Program-made: the position numbers and the translations under genes
Shown: piece by piece, positions 1 to 11,149 of the stretch
How positions within the stretch are numbered: the stretch's first letter is position 1
How the letters are laid out: each line of letters opens with the position of its first letter
NCBI GenBank assembly: GCA_951406725.2
Contig: OX597815.1
Location: forward strand, 57,288,001-57,352,000
DNA: 64,000 bases
Direction of reading: 5' to 3'
Origin: Octopus vulgaris
Taxonomy: Eukaryota
The notes under the pieces: model-generated
The model's database searches: none
What the model was told of the DNA's origin: nothing
What the model saw: the letters and a program-made list of their open reading frames with translations, nothing else

Positions 1-600
1 AATGAAAGTATGCAAATATATGACAATTTTTGAAATTGTATTTTATGCATACGTTTGTATACATAGATTTTCGTTAAATTGTATATCTAGATTTTTATAC
101 GACATGAATTTTCATACATAGATTTTTATACAGATTTTTATACCTATCTATGTATGTATAAAAGTATACAAATATTTGACTATGTAGGCATGAAAATAAT
201 TGTATGAAACATTGATTTTTATACATGAATTGTTATACATTAAATTTATACATACAAAGATGAAGATCTATGTATGAAAATTGTCATACATACATAAATT
301 TTCGTACAACTTTACAGATATACAGATTGTCAAATATATATATTTTCATACATACAGAGATTTTATAACTTATGTATGTATGTATGTATGTATTGAAATC
401 CATGTGTGATAATCTCTGTATCAAGATTCGTACATAGATTTTAATAAATACATATTTTTTTAGATTTTTATACGTAAACCTTCATAAAATATTTGTTTGT
501 ATTTATAAAAATCTATGTATAGTTATCTATGTTTGTATGAAAATCTATGTATGTATGAAAATCTACGTATGATTATCTATGTATTTTTGAAAATCGATGT
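1..600. repeat. Degenerate AT-rich minisatellite / low-complexity region
   Basis: Recurrent ATACATAGATTTT and its reverse complement AAAATCTATGTAT, plus (TATG)n at about 371-392. Confidence 0.7.
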
Positions 601-609
601 ATAGGTAAA

Positions 610-705
610 TTTTAATTTTTAGCACTCAGAAACTAAGGTAACTTGCTTTCAAAATTAGCATTTTGAAAGCAAGTTAACTTCGTTTCTGAGCGCTAAAAAT
701 TAAAA
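610..705. repeat. 46-bp inverted repeat (hairpin)
   Basis: 610-655 is the reverse complement of 660-705 with 3 mismatches and a 4-nt loop. Confidence 0.85.
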
Positions 706-879
706 AGTTAAACTTTCTTTGAAAATGCTAATAATGATCAGCTAGGTACACACACATATATAAATACATTCACATACGTATATATTTCTGCTGCTTAAAA
801 CAAAGCATATGGTATTTGAGTACTCTTTTTTCCCCCTTGTTTCACATTTATGTAATTCTATATATATAAATATAGATGT

Positions 880-1179
880 TTTTTTTAGTTATCTCCCTCG
901 TCAAGAGAAGATACAATTCTTTTATACAATTTTTTTACTATTTTCAGTTATTTCCAGTCTAGCAAATAGACCCCAGAACCTGCCTATTGATGGAGTTAAA
1001 TTTAAGGGAGATAACTAAAAATAGATTAAGTACTATGCCTACAAAGAATAGGTTCTGGGGTCTATTTGGTCGACTGGATCACGGCCGCAGTGAAGTAACT
1101 GAAAATAGTAAAAAATTGTATCTTCTGTTGATGACAAATTTAAGGGAGATAACTAAAAAATATCTTCTAGAGTTACTTC

Positions 1180-1221
<42 letters not shown>

Positions 1222-1560
1222 GAAGTAACTCTAGAAGATATTTTTTAGTTATCTCCCTTAAATTTGTCGTCTCATATATATATATATATATACACACATG
1301 TTTGTATATCTGTTTATCCCCCGAACATCGCTCCACAACCGACGCTGGTGTGTTCACGTCCCCGTAACTGATGGGTTCAGCAAAACAGGCCGATAGATTA
1401 AGTACTATGCCTACAAAGAATAGGTTCTGGGGTCTATTTGGTCGACTGGAGCACGGCCGCAGTGAAATAACTGAAAATACTAAAAAATTGTATCTTCTGT
1501 TGATGACAAATTTAAGGGAGATAACTAAAAAATATCTTCTAGAGTTACTTCCCTTATATT

Positions 1561-1590
<30 letters not shown>
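880..1590 (+). repeat. SINE-derived ~270-300 bp tandem repeat, left block, with local inversions
   Basis: The unit CAACCGACGCTGGTGTGTTCACGTCCCCGTAACT...CCGATAGATTAAGTACT...GGCCGCAGTGAAATAACTGAAA resembles the 3' half of the SINE at 17100-17290. Units are separated by (TA)n. Confidence 0.8.
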
Positions 1591-1592
<2 letters not shown>

Positions 1593-4521
1593 ACATAAGG
1601 GACTAAAGCCATCTGAATATGGTTAGGGACAGGGCAGGGTGGTGGGTGTGTTACTGTTGCATTTAGCCCCAGGCGAACATCGACGTCACCAGAAAGGCTC
1701 GACACCGTCACGGTGCCCTTAACCTGCAAAGGGAGGTAATTCCCCGATGAAGCGGAAACCACACACGGACCATGGTTTCAAGGTGTATTGCCTATCATCG
1801 GCGTGTGGTAGGCCTCCGCTTCCTCGACGAATTCTCACTCTGCAGGATTTTCTTATATAGATTTTCAAGCAAAATACATTTGCTGATTTCGAAAATCTGT
1901 TCGAAAGCAATAATAATTCTCTAAAAGGGATATAGACAGTAACTGCTCGATAACATAAGGGACTAAAGCCATCTGAATATGGCTAGGGACAGGGCAGGGT
2001 GGTGGGGGTGTTACTGTTGCATTTAGCCCCAGGCGAACATCGACGTCACGAGAAAGGCTCGACACCGTCACGGTGCCCTTAACCTGCAAAGGGAGGTAAT
2101 TCCCCGATGAAGCGGAAACCACACACGGACCATGGTTTCAAGGTGTATTGCCTATCATCGGCGTGTGGTAGGCCTCCGCTTCCTCGACGAATTCTCACTC
2201 TGCAGGATTTTCTTATATAGATTTTCAAGCAAAATACATTTGCTGATTTCGAAAATCTGTTCGAAAGCAATAATAATTCTCTAAAAGGGATATAGACAGT
2301 AACTGCTCGATAACATAAGGGACTAAAGCCATCTGAATATGGCTAGGGACAGGGCAGGGTGGTGGGGGTGTTACTGTTGCATTTAGCCCCAGGCGAACAT
2401 CGACGTCACCAGAAAGGCTCGACACCGTCACGGTGCCCTTAACCTGCAAAGGGAGGTAATTCCCCGATGAAGCGGAAACCACACACGGACCATGGTTTCA
2501 AGGTGTATTGCCTATCATCGGCGTGTGGTAGGCCTCCGCTTCCTCGACGAATTCTCACTCTGCAGGATTTTCTTATATAGATTTTCAAGCAAAATACATT
2601 TGCTGATTTCGAAAATCTGTTCGAAAGCAATAATAATTCTCTAAAAGGGATATAGACAGTAACTGCTCGATAACATAAGGGACTAAAGCCATCTGAATAT
2701 GGCTAGGGACAGGGCAGGGTGGTGGGGGTGTTACTGTTGCATTTAGCCCCAGGCGAACATCGACGTCACCAGAAAGGCTCGACACCGTCACGGTGCCCTT
2801 AACCTGCAAAGGGAGGTAATTCCCCGATGAAGCGGAAACCACACACGGACCATGGTTTCAAGGTGTATTGCCTATCATCGGCGTGTGGTAGGCCTCCGCT
2901 TCCTCGACGAATTCTCACTCTGCAGGATTTTCTTATATAGATTTTCAAGCAAAATACATTTGCTGATTTCGAAAATCTGTTCGAAATCAATAATAATTCT
3001 CTAAAAGGGATATAGACAGTAACTGCTCGATAACATAAGGGACTAAAGCCATCTGAATATGGCTAGGGACAGGGCAGGGTGGTGGGGGTGTTACTGTTGC
3101 ATTTAGCCCCAGGCGAACATCGACGTCACCAGAAAGGCTCGACACCGTCACGGTGCCCTTAACCTGCAAAGGGATGTAATTCCCCGATGAAGCGGAAACC
3201 ACACACGGACCATGGTTTCAAGGTGTATTGCCTATCATCGGCGTGTGGTAGGCCTCCGCTTCCTCGACGAATTCTCACTCTGCAGGATTTTCTTATATAG
3301 ATTTTCAAGCAAAATACATTTGCTGATTTCGAAAATCTGTTCGAAAGCAATAATAATTCTCTAAAAGGGATATAGACAGTAACTGCTCGATAACATAAGG
3401 GACTAAAGCCATCTGAATATGGCTAGGGACAGGGCAGGGTGGTGGGGGTGTTACTGTTGCATTTAGCCCCAGGCGAACATCGACGTCACCAGAAAGGCTC
3501 GACACCGTCACGGTGCCCTTAACCTGCAAAGGGAGGTAATTCCCCGATGAAACGGAAACCACACACGGACCATGGTTTCAAGGTGTATTGCCTATCATCG
3601 GCGTGGTAGGCCTCCGCTTCCTCGACGAATTCTCACTCTGCAGGATTTTCTTATATAGATTTTCAAGCAAAATACATTTGCTGATTTCGAAAATCTGTTC
3701 GAAAGCAATAATAATTCTCTAAAAGGGATATAGACAGTAACTGCTCGATAACATAAGGGACTAAAGCCATCTGAATATGGCTAGGGACAGGGCAGGGTGG
3801 TGGGGGTGTTACTGTTGCATTTAACCCCAGGCGAACATCGACGTCACCAGAAAGGCTCGACACCGTCACGGTGCCCTTAACCTGCAAAGGGAGGTAATTC
3901 CCCGATGAAACGGAAACCACACACGGACCATGGTTTCAAGGTGTATTGCCTATCATCGGCGTGTGGTAGGCCTCCGCTTCCTCGACGAATTCTCACTCTG
4001 CAGGATTTTCTTATATAGATTTTCAAGCAAAATACATTTGCTGATTTCGAAAATCTGTTCGAAAGCAATAATAATTCTCTAAAAGGGATATAGACAGTAA
4101 CTGCTCGATAACATAAGGGACTAAAGCCATCTGAATATGGCTAGGGACAGGGCAGGGTGGTGGGGGTGTTACTGTTGCATTTAGCCCCAGGCGAACATCG
4201 ACGTCACCAGAAAGGCTCGACACCGTCACCGTGACTTAACCTGCAAAGGGAGGTAATTCCCCGATGAAGCGGAAACCACACACGGACCATGGTTTCAAGG
4301 TGTATTGCCTATCATCGGCGTGTGGTAGGCCTCCGCTTCCTCGACGAATTCTCACTCTGCAGGATTTTCTTATATAGATTTTCAAGCAAAATACATTTGC
4401 TGATTTCGAAAATCTGTTCGAAAGCAATAATAATTCTCTAAAAGGGATATAGACAGTAACTGCTCGATAACATAAGGGACTAAAGCCATCTGAATATGGC
4501 TAGGGAGAGGGCAGGGTGGTG
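1591..4521 (-). repeat. 360-bp tandem array, left arm (8 units plus a partial); hammerhead sense strand is -
   Basis: TAACATAAGGGAC recurs at 1591, 1951, 2311, 2671, 3031, 3391, 3749, 4109 and 4468; units are nearly identical. Confidence 0.97.
1749..1822 (-). ncRNA. Putative type I hammerhead ribozyme (representative left-arm copy; others start at 2109, 2469, 2829, 3189, 3549, 3907, 4266)
   Basis: Exact reverse complement of the 5032-5105 motif. The 3549 copy has a 2-nt deletion in stem I. Confidence 0.8.
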
Positions 4522-7467
4522 GATGGCTTTAGTCCCTTATGTTATCGAGCAGTTACTGTCTATATCCCTTTTAGAGAATTATTATTGCTTTCGAACAGAT
4601 TTTCGAAATCAGCAAATGTATTTTGCTTGAAAATCTATATAAGAAAATCCTGCAGAGTGAGAATTCGTCGAGGAAGCGGAGGCCTACCACACGCCGATGA
4701 TAGGCAATACACCTTGAAACCATGGTCCGTGTGTGGTTTCCGCTTCATCGGGGAATTACCTCCCTTTGCAGGTTAAGTCACGGTGACGGTGTCGAGCCTT
4801 TCTGGTGACGTCGATGTTCGCCTGGGGCTAAATGCAACAGTAACACCCCCACCACCCTGCCCTGTCCCTAGCCATATTCAGATGGCTTTAGTCCCTTATG
4901 TTATCGAGCAGTTACTGTCTATATCCCTTTTAGAGAATTATTATTGCTTTCGAACAGATTTTCGAAATCAGCAAATGTATTTTGCTTGAAAATCTATATA
5001 AGAAAATCCTGCAGAGTGAGAATTCGTCGAGGAAGCGGAGGCCTACCACACGCCGATGATAGGCAATACACCTTGAAACCATGGTCCGTGTGTGGTTTCC
5101 GCTTCATCGGGGAATTACCTCCCTTTGCAGGTTAAGGGCACCGTGACGGTGTCGAGCCTTTCTGGTGACGTCGATGTTCGCCTGGGGCTAAATGCAACAG
5201 TAACACCCCCACCACCCTGCCCTGTCCCTAGCCATATTCAGATGGCTTTAGTCCCTTATGTTATCGAGCAGTTACTGTCTATATCCCTTTTAGAGAATTA
5301 TTATTGCTTTCGAACAGATTTTCGAAATCAGCAAATGTATTTTGCTTGAAAATCTATATAAGAAAATCCTGCAGAGTGAGAATTCGTCGAGGAAGCGGAG
5401 GCCTACCACACGCCGATGATAGGCAATACACCTTGAAACCATGGTCCGTGTGTGGTTTCCGCTTCATCGGGGAATTACCTCCCTTTGCAGGTTAAGGGCA
5501 CCGTGACGGTGTCGAGCCTTTCTGGTGACGTCGATGTTCGCCTGGGGCTAAATGCAACAGTAACACCCCCACCACCCTGCCCTGTCCCTAGCCATATTCA
5601 GATGGCTTTAGTCCCTTATGTTATCGAGCAGTTACTGTCTATATCCCTTTTAGAGAATTATTATTGCTTTCGAACAGATTTTCGAAATCAGCAAATGTAT
5701 TTTGCTTGAAAATCTATATAAGAAAATCCTGCAGAGTGAGAATTCGTCGAGGAAGCGGAGGCCTACCACACGCCGATGATAGGCAATACACCTTGAAACC
5801 ATGGTCCGTGTGTGGTTTCCGCTTCATCGGGGAATTACCTCCCTTTGCAGGTTAAGTCACGGTGACGGTGTCGAGCCTTTCTGGTGACGTCGATGTTCGC
5901 CTGGGGCTAAATGCAACAGTAACACCCCCACCACCCTGCCCTGTCCCTAGCCATATTCAGATGGCTTTAGTCCCTTATGTTATCGAGCAGTTACTGTCTA
6001 TATCCCTTTTAGAGAATTATTATTGCTTTCGAACAGATTTTCGAAATCAGCAAATGTATTTTGCTTGAAAATCTATATAAGAAAATCCTGCAGAGTGAGA
6101 ATTCGTCGAGGAAGCGGAGGCCTACCACACGCCGATGATAGGCAATACACCTTGAAACCATGGTCCGTGTGTGGTTTCCGCTTCATCGGGGAATTACCTC
6201 CCTTTGCAGGTTAAGGGCACCGTGACGGTGTCGAGCCTTTCTGGTGACGTCGATGTTCGCCTGGGGCTAAATGCAACAGTAACACCCCCACCACCCTGCC
6301 CTGTCCCTAGCCATATTCAGATGGCTTTAGTCCCTTATGTTATCGAGCAGTTACTGTCTATATCCCTTTTAGAGAATTATTATTGCTTTCGAACAGATTT
6401 TCGAAATCAGCAAATGTATTTTGCTTGAAAATCTATATAAGAAAATCCTGCAGAGTGAGAATTCATCGAGGAAGCGGAGGCCTACCACACGCCGATGATA
6501 GGCAATACACCTTGAAACCATGGTCCGTGTGTGGTTTCCGCTTCATCGGGGAATTACCTCCCTTTGCAGGTTAAGGGCACCGTGACGGTGTCGAGCCTTT
6601 CTGGTGACGTCGATGTTCGCCTGGGGCTAAATGCAACAGTAACACCCCCACCACCCTGCCCTGTCCCTAGCCATATTCAGATGGCTTTAGTCCCTTATGT
6701 TATCGAGCAGTTACTGTCTATATCCCTTTTAGAGAATTATTATTGCTTTCGAACAGATTTTCGAAATCAGCAAATGTATTTTGCTTGAAAATCTATATAA
6801 GAAAATCCTGCAGAGTGAGAATTCGTCGAGGAAGCGGAGGCCTACCACACGCCGATGATAGGCAATACACCTTGAAACCATGGTCCGTGTGTGGTTTCCG
6901 TTTCATCGGGGAATTACCTCCCTTTTGCAGGTTAAGGGCACCGTGACGGTGTCGAGCCTTTCTGGTGACGTCGATGTTCGCCTGGGGCTAAATGCAACAG
7001 TAACACCCCCACCACCCTGCCCCTGTCCCTAGCCATATTCAGATGGCTTTAGTCCCTTATGTTATCGAGCAGTTACTGTCTATATCCCTTTTAGAGAATT
7101 ATTATTGCTTTCGAACAGATTTTCGAAATCAGCAAATGTATTTTGCTTGAAAATCTATATAAGAAAATCCTGCAGAGTGAGAATTCGTCGAGGAAGCGGA
7201 GGCCTACCACACGCCGATGATAGGCAATACACCTTGAAACCATGGTCCGTGTGTGGTTTCCGCTTCATCGGGGAATTACCTCCCTTTGCAGGTTAAGGGC
7301 ACCGTGACGGTGTCGAGCCTTTCTGGTGACGTCGATGTTCGCCTGGGGCTAAATGCAACAGTAACACCCCCACCACCCTGCCCTGTCCCTAGCCATATTC
7401 AGATGGCTTTAGTCCCTTATGTTATCGAGCAGTTACTGTCTATATCCCTTTTAGAGAATTATTATTG

Positions 7468-7468
<1 letters not shown>
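4522..7468 (+). repeat. 360-bp tandem array, right arm (8 units plus a partial), inverted relative to the left arm
   Basis: Reverse complement of the left-arm unit with a period of 359-362 bp; ends at the (TA)n at 7469. Confidence 0.97.
5032..5105 (+). ncRNA. Putative type I hammerhead ribozyme (representative copy; others start at 4673, 5392, 5752, 6111, 6471, 6831, 7193)
   Basis: Stem I CACACG 5047-52 / CGTGTG 5087-92; core CCGATGA 5053-59; stem II AGG/CCT with loop CAATACA; GAAA 5075-78; palindromic stem III A-CCATGG-T; GTC triplet with predicted cleavage after 5086. The distal stem GAAGCGGAGGCC/GGTTTCCGCTTC follows an internal loop. Confidence 0.8.
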
Positions 7469-7504
<36 letters not shown>

Positions 7505-8523
7505 CCCGTTTGTAAATCTGTTTATCTCCCGAACATCGCTCCACAACCGACGCTGGTGTGTTCACGTCCCCGTAACTGATCGGTTCAGCAAAACAGGCCG
7601 ATAGATTAAGTACTATGCTTTCAAAGAATAGGTTCTGGGTCTATTTGGTCGACTGGAGCACGGCCGCAGTGAAATAACTGAAAATAGTAAAAAATTGTAT
7701 CTTCTGTTGATGACAAATTTAAGGGAGATTACTAAAAAATATCTTTTAGAGTTACTTCCCTTATATATACACGCACGTTTGTATATCTGTTTATCCCCCG
7801 AACATCGCTCCACAACCGACGCTGGTGTGTTCACGTCCCCGTAACTGATGGGTTCAGCAAAACAGGCCGATAGATTAAGTACTATGCCTACAAAGAATAG
7901 GTTCTTGGGTCTATTTGGTCGACTGGAGCACGGCCGCAGTGAAATAACTGAAAATAGTAAAAAATTGTATCTTCTATTGATGACAAATTTAAGGGAGATA
8001 ACTAAAAAATATTTTCTAGAGTTACTTCCCTTATATATAAATATATATATGTTTATATATATATATATACATACACGTTTGTAAATCTGTTTATCCCCCG
8101 AATATCGCTCCACAACCGACGCTGGTGTGTTCACGTCCCCGTAACTGATGGGTTCAGCAAAACAGGCCGATAGATTAAGTACTATGCCTACAAAGAATAG
8201 GTTCTGGGGTCTATTTGGTCGACTGGAGCACGGCCGCAGTGAAATAACTGAAAATAGTAAAAAATTGTATCTTCTGTTGATGACAAATTTAAGGGAGATT
8301 ACTAAAAAATATCTTTTAGAGTTACTTCCCTTATATATACACGCACGTTTGTATATCTGTTTATCCCCCGAACATCGCTCCACAACCGACGCTGGTGTGT
8401 TCACGTCCCCGTAACTGATGGGTTCAGCAAACAGGCCGATAGATTTGGTCGACTGGAGTAAAAAATTGTATCTTCTGTTGATGACAAATTTAAGGGAGAT
8501 AACTAAAAAATATCTTCTAGAGT
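7469..8523 (+). repeat. SINE-derived tandem repeat, right block (3 units plus an internally deleted fourth)
   Basis: Same unit and orientation as 1291-1590; units start near 7500, 7766, 8070 and 8336. Confidence 0.85.
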
Positions 8524-8529
8524 CACTTA

Positions 8530-9788
8530 TATGCACACACGTGCACGTACCCGCGACCGATCCCTTCAGTCGCCGGAAGTCTATATATAGACAATATAGC
8601 CGGAAGACTATATTGAGGCCTAGCAGTCGGCAGGTGGACGTCTCCGGGATCGTTCGACAAGATAGCTGAGACGTCAGCCAAAGACGAACTCAGCCCGGCG
8701 GGTGGCCACCGCCTTCACGCTGCCTTGCTTTCACCGTCCTATTTCGCGCAGCATTGTGCCAGCGGCAGGCTGCGCCAGGCACCCAGTGCTCCGCCGCGCT
8801 ACCGTGCCGGATATCGAAAGAACGAACCTAAGCTAACGGTATCGCCCACGTACGCGAGAACGTAGCCGCGAACGATGCCGGATCTCTGTCATCAAATACA
8901 CGCGGTCAATACAGCGACGTGGTCCGTCCCGAATATTCCCAAAAGATAACAACTACGGCTAGTATAGGTAGGGCCCGACAGTGGCAGGGTTTGCAGAGTC
9001 GCCCTTTTAAGAACGAATCGAAGCTCGAAGTGTCGCCCACGTACCATGCCCGATATCGAAAGGTACATGCGGTCGATACAGTGACGTGGTCCATCCCGTA
9101 AATTCCCGATGCCGTCAGTCACCGGGTATGTACCGGGTAAATACAGCGACGTGGTTCGACCCGTAAATTAAAAAAATCAGACCCTTCAGCTTGTGGGTCG
9201 GCCCCGACTGGATAGTCACGCTCTAGTTGACCGTCGCACCCCAGGATGTTCCAGACTATATTGAGGTCTAGGTGGATGTCTCCGGCATCGTTCATCAAGA
9301 TGCCTTACACGTCATCCTAAGACGCCGTGAGCCCGGCGGGTTACCACCTTCTTCACGCCATCTTGCTTTCACGTTTCGACTAATCGCTGCAGCGCCGCCA
9401 GCGGCAGGCCTATTCCGGTCGCCCGTTATTCCGCCGCGCTACCGTGCCCGATATCGAAAGAACGAACCTAAGCTATCGGTATCGTCCACGCACCCGCGAG
9501 AGATATCGGAAGGCTGTCACGAGATACATGCGGTTGATACAGCGAAGTGGTCCGTCCCGTAAATTCCCGAAAATGACAACTGCGGCTAGTATAGGTAGGG
9601 GTCGCCAGCCGTACGGTGGTGCTAGGCCGGCACCAGTCGCCCGGAGCTCCGCATCGTTACCGTGCCCGATCTAGTAAGACCGAATCGAAGCTCGCGGTAT
9701 CACAAACGTACACGTGGACGTAGCCGCGACAGATCCCTTCAGTCGACGGGAGTCTATGGCGATATGCACCGGGTAAATACAACGATGT
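8530..9788. repeat. GC/CpG-rich complex repeat with diverged sub-repeats
   Basis: About 8605-8975 is similar to about 9255-9600. The motif ATACAGCGACGTGGTCCGTCCCG occurs 4-5 times and AAGAACGAA(C/T)C..AGCT occurs 4 times. Confidence 0.7.
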
Positions 9789-9888
9789 NNNNNNNNNNNN
9801 NNNNNNNNNNNNNNNNNNNNNNNNNNNNNNNNNNNNNNNNNNNNNNNNNNNNNNNNNNNNNNNNNNNNNNNNNNNNNNNNNNNNNNNN
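9789..9888. other. Assembly gap (100 N)
   Basis: Run of N; a length of 100 is typical of a placeholder gap. Confidence 0.98.
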
Positions 9889-9898
9889 ATATATATAT

Positions 9899-10230
9899 TT
9901 GCCATTAAGATGTAGGACAAGATATTGTGATAGCCTGGGCTTCAGAGGCCCACGGCTCTTCAATATCCTCCCGAAGAACCTGAGGGACCTGCATGGTGTA
10001 GATGCGGATGTCTTTAAAGTAGGACTGGATCTCTTCCTGTCAGGTGTCCCGGATGAACCAACTTCACGGCAGGAGGTGCAGATGAGGGCAGCTGCATCGA
10101 ACTCTCTCATGCATTAAATGGCGTTTGCTAAAAAGCATCCGGGAGGTAAAACCGTGTAGCAAACCAAATGGCGGGGCCCCAGCATGGCCACAGCTCATAT
10201 GCTGAAACTGGAAAAATCAAAAATCAAAAA
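9899..10230 (+). mobile_element. 3' fragment of a CR1-group LINE
   Basis: SLGFRGPRLFNILP...FKVGLDLFLSGVPDEP...SNSL parallels the C-terminus of the ORF2 at 31675-34735. Confidence 0.75.
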
Positions 10231-10233
10231 AAT

Positions 10234-10251
10234 GATATATATATATGTATA

Positions 10252-10282
<31 letters not shown>

Positions 10283-10283
10283 G

Positions 10284-10315
<32 letters not shown>

Positions 10316-10324
10316 ATATATATC

Positions 10325-10410
<86 letters not shown>

Positions 10411-10448
10411 CAATTAAGCGTGTGGCATGTATGTATAATAATGCCCTC

Positions 10449-10495
<47 letters not shown>
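10234..10495. repeat. (TA)n microsatellite
   Basis: Directly visible. Confidence 0.95.
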
Positions 10496-10498
<3 letters not shown>

Positions 10499-11149
10499 GA
10501 CAATATCTTGTAGGTTGGTGATGGAAGAGTATGTATATGACGTAGATAATGATACCTACTAATTTTTTTTGTAGTCGTTCCAAAAACAGATATAAAAGTA
10601 GATGGTGATAAAATAACTTAAAACAGAGGCTAATTGGGGTATAGAATGGAGACAGTTGTTTTGTGGTGAAAGACTGAATAATTTAGATCCTTCACAGAAA
10701 CAAAGTAACTGTTGATAAGTAATGAGAGTATCAGTTTTCGTCACATTATCACTTTATTATCTCTAAAACTTTATTTTTTATACTATTTTTCACTTTCATC
10801 CTCATAATCTGACCATGTAGATAGAATTGTAATTTATAGTCAACCTGGTCCTTTTTTTTTCCATTTCATTATTTTTGTATTTTGATTATAATTGTATTTT
10901 GTCACTATATCTATGAGCTTAGTTTTGTTGGTAAATTGCTGAAAATGACATCACTATGGGTATGCATTCTCTAATGAAGGACTTATTTCAACATTCACCT
11001 GAGAAGATGCATTTTACATCTTGGATGCATGATAATAATTGCACATCTCACCAATGTATTCTGGCTATAAATATGTCTCAAAATAATTGTTCTTATTTTA
11101 AATAAAGGATGTCATTCATTTAGTTCTCTAGCATTTATCTACATATGTA

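Noticed and set aside
987-1762. ORFs of 126-307 aa here and at 7613-8536
   Set aside because: They are translations of SINE-derived repeats and (TA)n (YIYIYI).
1591-7468. CRISPR array or repeated small protein genes (63-85 aa ORFs)
   Set aside because: The units are identical along their whole length with no unique spacers, there are no cas genes, and the context is eukaryotic. The ORFs lack ATG starts and are broken by indels in some units.
1591-7468. 5S rRNA, tRNA, snRNA or spliced-leader tandem cluster
   Set aside because: I could not recognise a 5S, tRNA cloverleaf, U-snRNA or Sm-site sequence in the unit.
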